Shown: positions 13,637-25,889, counted from the stretch's first letter. The stretch is DNA of 64,000 nt from Octopus vulgaris (GCA_951406725.2 OX597822.1:18600001-18664000), one strand, 5' to 3'. Notes: generated from the sequence alone by a model not told the origin. Numbers and translations: made by a program.

Positions 13637-14373
13637 TGTTATTCTACTATTGGGATGGCTGAATTGGTAGAACATTGAATTTTATTCCTGACAAGTATTT
13701 AGTTATGCAAAAGCTTGAATGTTGTTGAGGTCAGTATTGCTTTCTATGCTTCTGGGTTCAATAAATTTCAGTTGCATCTACCCCAGTAAATTACTGGTTC
13801 AGGTTTAATTGACTGTTCCCTCCTTTCAAAATTTCTCACCTTGTACCTATTGTAGAAAGAATTATTATGTTTAAGACCAATGGAAAGCAACAGAGATGGC
13901 AGAATTATTGGTGCATTGGACAAAATACCTCTAGGCATTTTGTCTAACATTTTGTTCTGAGTTCAAATCCTTCAGGGGTCAACTTTTCCTTTCATATTTC
14001 TAGGGTCGATCAAATAAAGTATCACCCAAGTTCTGGGTCTGATGTAATCAAGTAATCCCCTCTCCCTAAAATTTCTGGCTTTGTGCCAAAATTTGAAGTA
14101 ATTTTTAAGAACAGTAGTTTGGTAAGATCTTTAAGGTGTTAGATATCTTTCATAATATCTTTTTGGCTCTTTATAGTCTAACTTAAGGACCTACTAAGGC
14201 CAATTCTGATGTCCTTCCTTCTGTACTCGCTATGTATTGAAATCCTCACCATAAATTTCTGACTTTGTGCAGCATCAGAAAGAAAACGTTTCAATATTTG
14301 TCGAAAAGCTTTGCGCCCTGATTTCAAATCTTGCTGAGGTTAACTTTGCCTTTCATCCTCTCAGGGTAAATTA

Positions 14374-16679
14374 AAAAGTGTCCGCATGGTTGATGGTTCT
14401 CTTGCACTAAATGACGCTGAAAAGAAAGAGGTTTGGTGTTGCCACTATGAAAGTTTGCTAAACAAAGAAAATGAATGGGGGAAAGAGAGTCTACCGATTG
14501 TCGACCCAACAGAGGGACCAGCTATCCGAGTTGACAGTACCTTGGTAGTTAAAGCAATTAAGAGTATGAAGGCAGGGAAAGCCCCCAGCCCTTGAGGAAT
14601 CACTGCAGAGATGCTCAAAATATCTGGCAGTGTCGGCTATAGCCTAGTCACCCGTATAGTTAACCAGGTGATACACGAAGGAGTCATACCCAATGACTGG
14701 TGTAGCAGCATAAAAGTCAACTACTACAAAGGTAAAGGTGACGCTCTAGATACAAATAATTACAGAGGTATCAAGTTGCTGGATCAAGTAATGAAGGTCA
14801 CAGAGAGGGTCATAGCCCAAATAATTAGAGAGAGAGTTAGTTTAGATGAGATGCAGTTTGGGTTCCTGCCAGGGAAAAGTACCACTGATGCTATATTCCT
14901 GGTAAGACAGCTGCAGGAGAAATACCTAGCCAAAGATAAGCCCCTGTACCTGGCTTTCGCTGACATGGAGAAAGCCTTCGGCAGGGTCCCCTGATCCCTT
15001 ATCTAGTGGTCAATGAGGAAACTAGGGATAGATGAATGGTTAGTGAGAGCTGTGCGAGCCATGTACAGGGACGCTGTTAGTGAGGTGAGGGTTGGTGACG
15101 AGTACAGTGAAGAATTCCGGGTAGAGGTAGGGGTCCACCAAGGTTCAGTCCTCAGCCCCCTCCTATTTATCATAGTCCTCCAGGCAATAACGGAGGAATT
15201 TAAGACAGGATGCCCCTGGGAGCTCCTCTATGCTGATGACCTTGCTCTAATTGCTGAGTCGCTATCAGAACTGGAGGAGAAGTTTCAGGTGTGGAAGCAA
15301 TGATTAGAATCAAAGGGCCTTAGAGTCAACCTAGCTAAAACCAAAGTCCTAATAAGTAGGAAGGTAGACAAATCACAAAAGCCTTCAAGTAGATGGCCCT
15401 GCTCAATCTGTAGAAAAGGCGTAGGTAGAAACTCTATAAGATGCACCAAGTGTAAGCTATGGACACATAAGAGGTGCAGCAATGTCAAAGGAAGTCTAAC
15501 TAGGAAGATAGTTTTTGTATGTGGCAGATGCTCAGGATCATTAAACACTGAAAATGTGCACAGAGACCAACTTCCGCCACATTCCAGGGAGAAAAACTAG
15601 AAGTAGCTGATAGCTTCCATTACCTAGGTGACCAAATCAGTAGCTGAGGCAGGTGCACTGAAAGTGTAGCTTCTAGGATAAGAATAGCTTGGGCAAAGTT
15701 CAGAGAGCTCTTACCTCTGCTGGTGACAAAAGGCCTCTCGCTCAGAGTAAAAGGTAGACTGTATGATGCATGTACGAACAGCCATGCTACATGGCAGTAC
15801 GAACAGCCATGCTACATGGCAGTGAAACATGGGCTGTGACTGCTGAGGATATGCATAAGCTCGCAAGAAATGAAGCCAGTATGCTCCGATGGATGTGTAA
15901 TGTCAGTGTTCATACTCGACAGAGTGTAAGTACCTTGAGAGAAAAGTTGGACCTAAGAAGCATCATCTGTGGTGTGCAAGAGAGATGTTTGCGCTGGTAT
16001 GGTCATGTGGTGAGAATGGATGAAGATAGTTGTGTGAAAAAGTGCCACACCCTAGCAGTTGAGGGAACCTGTGGAATAGGTAGACCCAGGAAAACCTGGG
16101 ACGAGGTGATGAAGCACAACCTTCGAACTTTAGGTCTCACCGAGGAAATTACTAGAGACCGAGACCTTTGGAAATATTGCTGTGTGTGAGAAGACCCGGC
16201 AGGACAAGTGAGACCATAACCCGTGGCCTCTACCTGGGATGTAACCAGTCCACTTATGCATACCTTTCCTTCTTGGGACACAAAACTCTACTTGTTGAGG
16301 CAAGTGAAAATCAAAAATCAAAATCGAAATCGATCAACATGAATGGAAATTGTAGCTGTGATACCAGTGCCGGTGGCACGTAAGAGAACCATCCGAACAT
16401 GGCCGTTGCCAGTGCCGCCCCAACTGGCCTCCGTGCCGGTGGCATGTAAAAAGCACCATCCGATCATGGCTGTTTGCCAGCCTCTTCTGGAACCTGTGCC
16501 AGTGGCACGTAAAAAGCACCCACTACACTCACGGTGTGGTTGGCGTTAGGAAGGGCATCCAGCCGTAGAAACACTGCCAAATCAGACTGGACCTGGTGCA
16601 GCCTTCATGCTTCCCAGACCCCAGTTGAACCGTCCAACCCATGCTAGCATGGAAAGCAGACATTAAACGATGATGATGA
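14374..16679 (+). mobile_element. 5'-truncated RTE LINE (family B) with PHD finger in ORF2, inactivated
   Basis: NYRGIKLL, QFGFLPGKSTTDAIF, GVHQGSVLSPLLF, LLYADDL, C4HC3 finger at 15391-15531, RWYGHVVRM. Several stops, tandem-repeat 3' UTR and (GAT)n tail. Confidence 0.95.
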
Positions 16680-16913
16680 ATACCAACCAAGTACTTGGAG
16701 TATTGTTCAACTTCTTCAATCAAATTTCAGGCCTTCTCCCTATATTAGAAACATTTGTTGCTGTTCTTGCTGTTGTTGTTGTTGTTGTTGCTGCTACTCT
16801 TGTTGTTTTTATTGTTATTGATTTTTATTTCTCCTGTTGTATTTCTTCAAAATTATTGCAGATAAAATAAGTAAATTAGTTTTATTTTATTTTTCAATAA
16901 ATATTTCTTTCAG

Positions 16914-16983
16914 ACTTTGCAAAATCCAGGATGGAGATGTTGTTTGTGACCCTATGTGTGGAAGTGGAGCAATTCCAATCCAG
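16914..16983 (+). CDS. THUMPD3: Internal exon of THUMP domain-containing protein 3 (tRNA guanine-N2 methyltransferase), SAM-binding motif I
   Basis: Acceptor ATATTTCTTTCAG, donor CAG|GTAAAA, 70 nt, phase 2 to phase 0. Encodes (R)LCKIQDGDVVCDPMCGSGAIPIQ, matching the THUMPD3/Trm14 signature DPMCGxGxIPIE. THUMPD2 is less similar but not formally excluded. Confidence 0.85.
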
Positions 16984-18854
16984 GTAAAAAAACAAAAGTT
17001 ATCTTTCTTCTGCTTTTTATCTTCCATATTTCCATTATGTTGATAAAATCTTTTAAGTTTCAAACCTTTTACTATTAATCCATCTAAAACTACCTCTGAT
17101 TCTATGATTCTAATGCCTTTCATTTTAAACTTTACGTTTAGATTTAAATCTTCCATCATAATTCTGTTTAATAAGCGGTCTACTAGTTAGTATGTTGGGC
17201 TTGTTATCATAAAGTTAGGGCATCAAATCCTGGACTAGGAGGTACATTATGTCTTTCAGCAAGGTGCTTCATTTTGTATTGTTCCAATCTAGCTGGATGA
17301 AAAATAAGTGCTAGCTTTGTGCTGGCACAATGTGGTCATTTCTGTGCTTCAATGACCCTAAAAGCTATGCGCTCAGAGTGCAAGCTCCTGGAAAGATCAA
17401 AAGAGAAAGGCCAAACTAATATGGCATTTGCATAGAGCCAACACCTCTACCTAGAAACACATCAAAGTTACAGAAGCATTGATGATGATTCAAACCCAAC
17501 ATGAATTGAGAAAGAAAGGCCTTCTCTCAGAGAATAGTGAGGCTACACCTTACAATCCAGAGTTGAGAACAATGGGGAAAAGTCATAACTGGCCGATGTT
17601 CCATGGGAAGCAAAGTACTAAAGTGAGTGGTTAGTTGTGCTGGTGTAGTCCTTTCTTTCGCTAGCTATCTCAGCTGAGATATCCAGCTATGCTGAGAGTC
17701 AAGTGTGTCTACTTGAAACTACATCAGGTACCTAATATAATTAAGGAAAACATCAATCATACTTGCTTGCCAGTACAGGTAGTGTGAGTTACTATGTTCT
17801 AAATGTCAGACTCCTTCCAACTCTTAATTATTTTCACAATTAACCATTTCACATGGACGGTGTATTTATTTAGTTATAGTATGAAAATAGTAAAACATTC
17901 AGATTTAAATTCTAAAATTGAAAAATTTAAACATTTAATCATAATTTTGAAGAAGAATCTTTTTATTTAGTTACATTTCTAAACACCTGCTTAATAATGA
18001 ATAAAATTATTTATTTTAGTAAATCCTTCCAAATGCCTGATTATTTTGAAAATTAATTATTGATACACCTGGAAAGTGTTTATCATTAGAAAAATCATAA
18101 AAAGTTGAAACTTTGCAAATGACTTCAAGGCTTTAAAGATACATGAGGTAATTGATGAGGATGTTGATTCGTTTTTTTGTAATTTTCTTTTGAAAAAGAT
18201 GAGGATGTTATTTTACCTTTGTTTTATTTCGCCTGCACACGATTTTAACATGAAATGAGCATTTATCTTAATATAATTCAATGAGAGGAGAAGGACAAGT
18301 ACCCAGAAGTACCTTTGACTTTTTTGCATGTATTCCAGTGGAAAGGGAAGCAAAAAGGAAAATCATAATACGTTGGTTACTTCTATAAAAAGTAATGTTA
18401 TGAAAATGTCGAGATGCTCTTAAATCAGGGACTTGATCTGAGTACTTGCGGCAGACCTGGGTAACTTTAACAAAGTAGACTCTGCTTAAGGCCTCAAGTT
18501 GTGTTAGTTATTACATCACAGCCTAGTCTTTCAATTGAACTGAGGAAACTATGCTTTCATTGTTTGTATTTTTTTAATCATTGCTTCTATCTGTTGGCCA
18601 CATACAGTAAAGTATCACTGGCTTTTGTTTTTCATTTCTCTTCCATCCCTCTCTCCCTCAAAAGAAAACCAATATAAAAAAAAAACTAATGAAACCAACC
18701 ATACAATACTGTTGCTGTAATTGACATTTTGGTACCTGTTTACAGTTAAGTAGACTGGACCACTTGGGAGTTAGGTGGTTCTAAAAAGTAGGAAACATTT
18801 TGGCACAACTGTTTTGGGAAACCACCCATTCCAATTGCCTCATTCCAAATTCTC

Positions 18855-19222
18855 CGTGCTAGTGGAGCACCATCCGAGCGTGATCGTTGCCAGAGCGACT
18901 AACTGGCGTTCGTGCAGATGGCACTCGAGTGTGATCGTTACCAGCGTCGCCTTACTGGCACTTGTACCGGTGTGCAGGTGACACGTAAAGATAAAAACAC
19001 GATTTTCCGTGACCGTTGCCAGTACCGCCTGACTGGCCCTCATGCTGGTGGCACGTAAAAGCACCCACTACGCTCTCAGAGTGGTTGGAGGCATTAGGAA
19101 GGGCATCCAGCTGTAGAAACTCTGCCAAATCAAGATTGGAGCCCGGTGCGGCCATCTAGCTCGCCAGTCCTCAGTCAAATCGTCCAACCCATGCTAGCAT
19201 GGAAAGCAGATGTTTAACGATG
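18855..19222 (+). mobile_element. Solo 3' UTR copy of RTE family B
   Basis: Tandem GTGGCACGTAAAAGCACC units, AGGAAGGGCATCCAGCTGTAGAAAC block and CCAACCCATGCTAGCATGGAAAG end. A similar copy lies at ~49290-49660. Confidence 0.8.
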
Positions 19223-19993
19223 AGTGGCATCCTATTCAGGAATGCTTTGGATTTTTTGAAAGATAATTTCAAGCTTTAGAGTATCTAAATACAATGTTTG
19301 AGTAGCTTGAAAACATGTTACTCAAATTTTGTTTCACACATTTATGAAATATAAAATGAGATTATGACTCTTTGTTCATTTGTTTGTATGTTTTATGTCT
19401 ATTTTTCCATGCTGGCATGGGTTACACAAATATTCAGACATTGTTCTACTACTGAATGTCCTTCCTGTCACTAACCCATGCCTGGTTTTCAAGTATGGGA
19501 TCTCTTTATAGATTTCGTCTTTGGATTTGGTTTGGAAGATTCTTTATATGATTTCGTGTGTTGATGCACATTCTGTTGTGCCTGGGGAGAGTCATTTTCT
19601 TTTTGTGCCTTATAGATGGTTTATCATTATAGATTGTTTATGACACAAAGTGAGCAGATGATTTGATGACTAGAGAAATGGCAACAACACAGCTTGAAGC
19701 AGCTTACACAGAGTGAAAATGTAAACAAACATGCACACACACATGCATGCATGCAATGGGCTTCTTTCAGATTCTGTCAACAAAATTCCCTCTCAAGGCT
19801 TTGATCAACCTAACACTTGCCTATTTCTAAATTTTTAGCTTAAAAATGATTTGATTTTAACTTTTCTTAGAAAGTGTGTCAGCATATTTGACCTCCAGTG
19901 TATCACTAAGTGGAAAACAATGAAAACTGCTGGTTTATATCATGAACAAGGAGTTCTAATTACAGCATAGGGTAGAATTGGTCACGTCCCAAA

Positions 19994-20038
19994 AGAAGAA
20001 GAAGAAGAAGAAGAAGAAGGAGGAGGAGGAAGAGGAGG

Positions 20039-20079
<41 letters not shown>
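19994..20079. repeat. Compound (GAA)n(GAG)n(GAT)n microsatellite
   Basis: Visible trinucleotide arrays. Confidence 0.95.
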
Positions 20080-20433
20080 CAGCAGGGTTATTTGAATTCC
20101 ACCCTGTTATATTCCTGTCAACAATAGCAGTTAAATAATCCCTCCTGGCAATAATAAAACAAATGGTGGATGTCTGTCATTCAAAGACAAGGATCCAGTC
20201 TCTCAATGACCTCTCATACTTGACTGGTATTTTATTTCATTGACTCTGGAGAGATGAAAGATAAAGTTGGCCTTGGCAGGATTGGAACTCACAATGTACA
20301 GGACCAGAACAAATGCTGCAAGGAATTTCTTAAGACATCAGAGAAAAATACTCTGTGGTATTCATTGCAGCTGTTTACATTTTGAGTTCAGATCCCACCA
20401 AGGCCAATTTGGAATTTCATCCTTTTGGATTCT

Positions 20434-23139
20434 GACATAGAAGGTAGTTGGAAATTCCTACGGACATAGAAGGTAGCTGGAAATTCCTACTTGACATAGA
20501 AGGTAGCTGGAAATTCCTACGGGACAGCTTGCTGAGTGCCACAGACCAAGTCTGTGGATGGTGCAAAGTCCCTTCCAGATTTAGAGTTACGTGGTGGTGG
20601 AATAGTGCAGTAGACAAAGCCATTAGTGCAAAGAAACAGGCCTGGAAAGCCTGGAGGGATGGGGTTAGCAGGGAACTGTACCAGGTAGCCAAAAGGGAGG
20701 CTGGGCAGCAGGTATACATTGCCAAATATGTAGCAGAAAAGAAGAAGTTTGCCAATGTCCAGCGATGCGAGGACCAAAGAACTGAAGTATTTCAGATTGC
20801 TAGACAGTGTGTGAGAGAAAATAGTGATGTTACAGGAGAGAAATGTGTCCGCATGGATGATGGGGCATTTGCTTTTAATGATGGTGAAAAGAAAGAGGCT
20901 TGGAGAAACCATTATCAAAGACTGCTGAATGTGGAGAATAAATGGGAGGAGGAGAGCCTGCCAAATGTTGACCCAGTAGAGGGACCAGCTATCCGAATAG
21001 ACAGCTTCCTTGTAGTTAAGGCAATTAAGGGTATGAAACCAGGTAAAGCCCCCGGCCCATCAGGAATCACTGCTGAGATGCTTAAACAGCTGGTTATGTG
21101 GGCTATGGCCTAGTCACCTGCATTGTAAACCAGGTAGTTCATAATGGAGTCATACCCAATGACTGGCGCAGCAGCACAATAGTCAACTGCTACAAGGGTA
21201 AGGGTGATGCTCTAGATAGAAATAACTACAGGGGTATTAAACTGTTGGATCAGGTGATGAAGGTCACAGAGAGGGTCATAACCCATCTCATTAGGGAGAG
21301 AATTTGCTTAGATGAGATGCAGTTCGGTTTTGTGCCGGGTAGAAGCACCACTGATGCTATATTCCTGGTCCGACAACTGCAGGAGAAGTACCTAGCTAAA
21401 GATAAATCCCTCTACATAGCTTTTGTGGACTTGGAGAAAGCCTTTGACAGGGTCCCCCGATCCCTTATCTGATGGTCGATGCGGAAACTGGAGATTGACA
21501 AATGGCTAATAAGGGCTGTACAGGCCCTATACAGAGAGGCTGTCAGCAAGGTTAGGATTGGCAACGAATATAGTGAAGAATTCCAGGTAGAAGTAGGTGT
21601 ACACCAAGGCTCAGCCCTCAGTCCCCTTTTATTCATCATAGTCCTCCAGGCAATAACAAAGGAATTCAAAACAGGTTGCCCCTGGGAGCTCCTCTATGCT
21701 GATGACCTGGCTCTCATAGCAGAATCACTACCGGAACTAGAAAAGAAATTCCGGGTGTGGAAGCAAGGGTTAGAATCAAAGGGCCTTAGAGTAAATGTAG
21801 CAAAAACCAAAGTTATAGTAAGCAGAAAGGCGAACTCAGCACACACTCCCTTGGGCAGATGGCCCTGCTCGATCTGTAGGAAAGGTGTAGGTAGAAACTC
21901 CATAAGATGTACCCAGTGTAAGCTATGGACGATAAGATAGCTTTCATGTGCAGCAGATGCACAGGGACAATAGACACCACAGATACTCAGAAAACAGATT
22001 CCATCACACTCCAGGGGAAGAAACTAGAAGTAGTTGATAGTTTCCGCTACCTGGGTGACCAAGTTAGTAGTGGAGGTGGATGCTCGGAGAGTGTCACCAC
22101 TAGAATACGAATAGCCTGGGCAAAGTTTAGAAAGCTCCTACCCCTACTGGCGACAAAGGGTCTCTCGCTCAGAATGAAAGGTAGATTGTATGATGCATGT
22201 GTGAGAACTGCCATGCTTCATGGTAGTGAAACATGGGCCATGACTGCAGAGGACATGCGTAGACTTGAAAGAAATGAAGCTAGCATGATCCGCTGGATGT
22301 GTAATGTCAGTGTGCATGCACAACAGAGGGTAAACACCCTGAGAGAAATGCTGGACGTAAGAAGTATCAGATGTGGTGTGCAAGAGCGACGCTTGCGATG
22401 GTATGGTCATGTACTGCGGATGGATGAGGAGAGATGTGTGAAGAAGTGCCGCTCCCAAACAGTTGAAGGTATCAGGGGGAGAGGTAGACCCAGTAAGACA
22501 TGGGATGAGGTAGTCAAGCATGACCTCGGAGCATTGGGCCTCACAGAGGCAATGACGAAGGACCAAAATCTCTGGAGATATGCTGTGACTGCAAAGACCC
22601 AGGCTGCTTCCTGCACCAGTTCCGCATAGCCCCTGCCCATTCAAAGTACCTTGGATACCAGAACATCCTGCTGTGCTTGAGGAGACCTATTGAGTCAAGT
22701 ACATGAACATCGAAATAAATATCAATGGAAATAGTAGTTGTGATACCTGTGCTGGTGGCACATAAAAAGCACCATCCAAACATGGTCGATGCCAGCGCCA
22801 CCTCGACTGGCTTCTGTGCCGGTGACACATAAAAAGCACCATCCGAACGTGACCGATGCCAGCGCCGCCTTGGCTGGCTTCCATGCCGGTGGCACATTAA
22901 AAGCACCAACCGATTGTGGACGATGCCAGACTCCCCTGGCACCAGTGCCGGTGGCGTGTAAAAAGCACCCACTACACTCGTGGAGTGGTTGGCGTTAGGA
23001 AGGGCATCCAGCTGTAGAAACGCTGCCAGATCAGACTGGAGCCTGGTGCAGCCCTTGGCTTCCCAGACCCCGGTCGAACCGTCCAACCTGTGCTAGCATG
23101 GAAAATGGACGTTAAACGATGATGATGATGATGATGATG
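20434..23139 (+). mobile_element. 5'-truncated RTE LINE (family B), inactivated
   Basis: ORF pieces 20448-22629 with GKAPGPSG, FVDLEKAFDRVP, LLYADDL and RLRWYGHV; PHD finger partly deleted; repeat-containing 3' UTR; (GAT)n tail. Confidence 0.95.
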
Positions 23140-24189
23140 GGTCCAATAAAGTACCAGTGTAATACTTAGGAAGATGGTATTAGCTAATCCCTCTCCTCAA
23201 AATTCCTGGCCTGGGGCCTACATTACATAAAAGACAGCAAGATAACAGGACCAGTAAAGCTTCAAAAAGTGCCTTGTGGTATTTGTTCTGGCTTTGTACA
23301 TTTCAATTTCACATCGCACAGAAGTCAACTTTGCCCTTCATTGTTTCAGGGTTGAGAAAATAAAGTAGCATTCTAGTACTGGGGTCGATGGTATTGACTT
23401 GCTCTGCACCTCAAAATTGCTAACCTTGTGCTTATATTAGAAACCATGGTTGCTGTCATTTTCAGAAGAACTCAAAAAGTTTATCTCAGGAATTTCTTGT
23501 CTGCTGAGGGAATTTGATTAGGAGAAGGGTTTTGTTATTCACTTGGCCAGTGTTTTTTTAAGGTTGTGTGTGTGTGTGCATGTAGGTATTTATATTTGCA
23601 AAGCAGTTTGTGCATATGTTAAACACTCACTGTATATATGTCTCAGAGTGTATTTATGTTCACAAAATTATTTTGTATACTTATATGTTAATGGTTGTAT
23701 ATGTATGTATGTCCATCTGTCCTAATAATCTGATGTATTATAACAAAAAACAAAAAAAAATTGTCCCATTATTTATTCAGACCAGACCAGCCAAAAAGAT
23801 TCTACTCTTTCATCTTAAGAATGTAAGAAACTATGTCTTTGAGAGCAAATAATCATGTGTTAAGTTCAACTTCAAATATACATATATATATATATATGCG
23901 TGTGTGTGTGTTTATACATATATAAATGTGTATACCTTTTTATATATGTTTTACTTGCATATAAACGTGTGTGTATGTGTAAGAAGAAAAGCTGAAGCAA
24001 TAATCACATTGGAGAAAAAAAAGAGGGTTGTTCAATGTTGTTGATAAGAAATGTGCATGTAATGTGGTTTGGTTTTGATTAAATGTTATAAAAACAAATT
24101 TCATTCATCAAATCTGTTTTTATGGCAGGATTAAATAATGATTATTCTCAAATGGCTGTATTTCCTGAACTGCTTACACTGAGTGAAAT

Positions 24190-24234
<45 letters not shown>

Positions 24235-24854
24235 AAAATAGAAATAGTTACAGAAAAAAATACTAACAATAATAGTAATAACATAACAGCAAAAAGAAAC
24301 AAAAGTTTGGTTAAACAAGAACTCTAGTAATGGAATTGGAAAAAGTCAACAGAATAGGAGACCAAGAATCTAATAGTAAAATAATTTAGGTTAATCTATG
24401 TGCAATCAATAAACCGTAGAGAACAAAGAAGAAACTGACTGTTGTACCTCCTGACCAGAGAAATTACATAATATATTACACTCTGGCAAATTACAGGCTG
24501 TGTTTTTATATGATTGACATTAATCTGAGAGTCTTGAAATAAAAATTGTGGATTTCATAGAATCTAATTTCGTAGAGTGCACCCTCTATGCTGTCTTAAC
24601 TTGGCATCATCATTTGCTTGTGTTTTAGAAAGCCCAACCCACACGAAAGTTTACATATCTCCTTTGTTTCTCTGCCCCAAATAAGCAAGATGTTAATAAG
24701 ATAAAATTATATTCCATGGGTGTGACAAGTTCAAAGAAGCTATGTCTGATTACTTAGAATGAAGAATTTACAGATAAGTCTGCTCAAAGAGTCACAGGCA
24801 TAACAAAATATATTTTGTTTGACAAATGATTGTGGATTAATATTTAAGCTAAGG

Positions 24855-25615
24855 TTGGTGGGACTGGCTGGGGAGATGGGATACAGAGTGAGGGAGGGGA
24901 GTAAGATACAGGGAGTTATGAAAGGTATGCTTAGAGATAAAAGGCTGGGTATGAAAACAAAAAGAGGTATGTATGAGGGCATGACTGTGCCAGCAATGTT
25001 ATAGGGTGCAGAGATGTGGGGACTGAGATAGGCAGAAAGGAGGTGACCAGATGTGTTTGAGATGGGATGTCAGAGGACTAAGGTCGGGATGAACAGGGTG
25101 AGGAACGATGAGGTGCAAAGACAGCAGGAATGAAAGAAAAACTAACAACCAAAGTGGATAGATGAATGTTGAGGTGGTTTGGCCACATGAAGAGAATGGA
25201 TGAGGAGTGGATGGTAAGGAGGGTGATGAAGGCAGAAGTGGTAGGCAGCAGAACCAGAGGCAGACCTTGGTTTGTGTGGATGGATGGAGTGAGGAAATCT
25301 TTGATGGTCAGAGGTGTTGGAGTGAGAGAGGCAAGGAAGTTTATAAACGATAGGAAAGCTTGGAGAATGTTTGTGGATGGATGAGTGAATTTGATGTTGC
25401 TCAAAGGGGGATGGAACCAGCTTGACGCGGCAGGAATATCCCAACGTATGCTGTCAGCCCCCCCCCCCCGCTGCTGATATTGGGGGTTGCACTCCATGCC
25501 TTGACCTGAGCATAGGACAGGGCTCGCCTCTCTGAGCTGGGAAACGAATGGAATGCTTGGTATGTGTCTTGTTGTGGCTACCCCCTCCCTAAAAGAAAAT
25601 GAGGAATAAGCCTGG
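24855..25615 (+). mobile_element. RTE LINE 3' fragment (third family)
   Basis: KRGMYEGMTVPAML*GAEMWG and LRWFGHMKRMDEEWMVRRVMKAEVVGSRTRGRP, an RTE ORF2 C-terminus distinct from families A and B. Confidence 0.8.
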
Positions 25616-25675
25616 GTATATATATATATATATATATAAATAAATGAAAGAATGGAGTCGAACGACGATTTAACA

Positions 25676-25779
25676 AAATTCCTTTATTCTCGACATATGT
25701 TTCGAAGACTGCATATTCTTAATTCCGAAGGAATAAAGGGTGCATTATGCCGCCTTTCATCAGGAAAGACAAGGAACTT
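25676..25779 (-). ncRNA. Type I hammerhead ribozyme motif in a ~175-bp element (25638-25812) embedded in (TA)n
   Basis: Minus strand: CTGATGA (25763-25757), stem II AAGGCGGCATA/TATGCAGTCTT, GAAA (25703-25700), palindromic stem III ACATATGT, GTC cleavage triplet (25694-25692). Stem I TTTC/GAGA plus distal AAGTTCCTT/AAGGAATTT. Confidence 0.7.
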
Positions 25780-25810
25780 AATTGTCCATACTAGGATAAT
25801 TCATTCACCC

Positions 25811-25889
<79 letters not shown>

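Noticed and set aside
16367-16520. Regularly spaced GTGCCGGTGGCAC...AAAAAGCACC repeats superficially like a CRISPR array
   Set aside because: Spacers are homologous to each other, the context is a eukaryotic LINE 3' UTR, and there are no cas genes.
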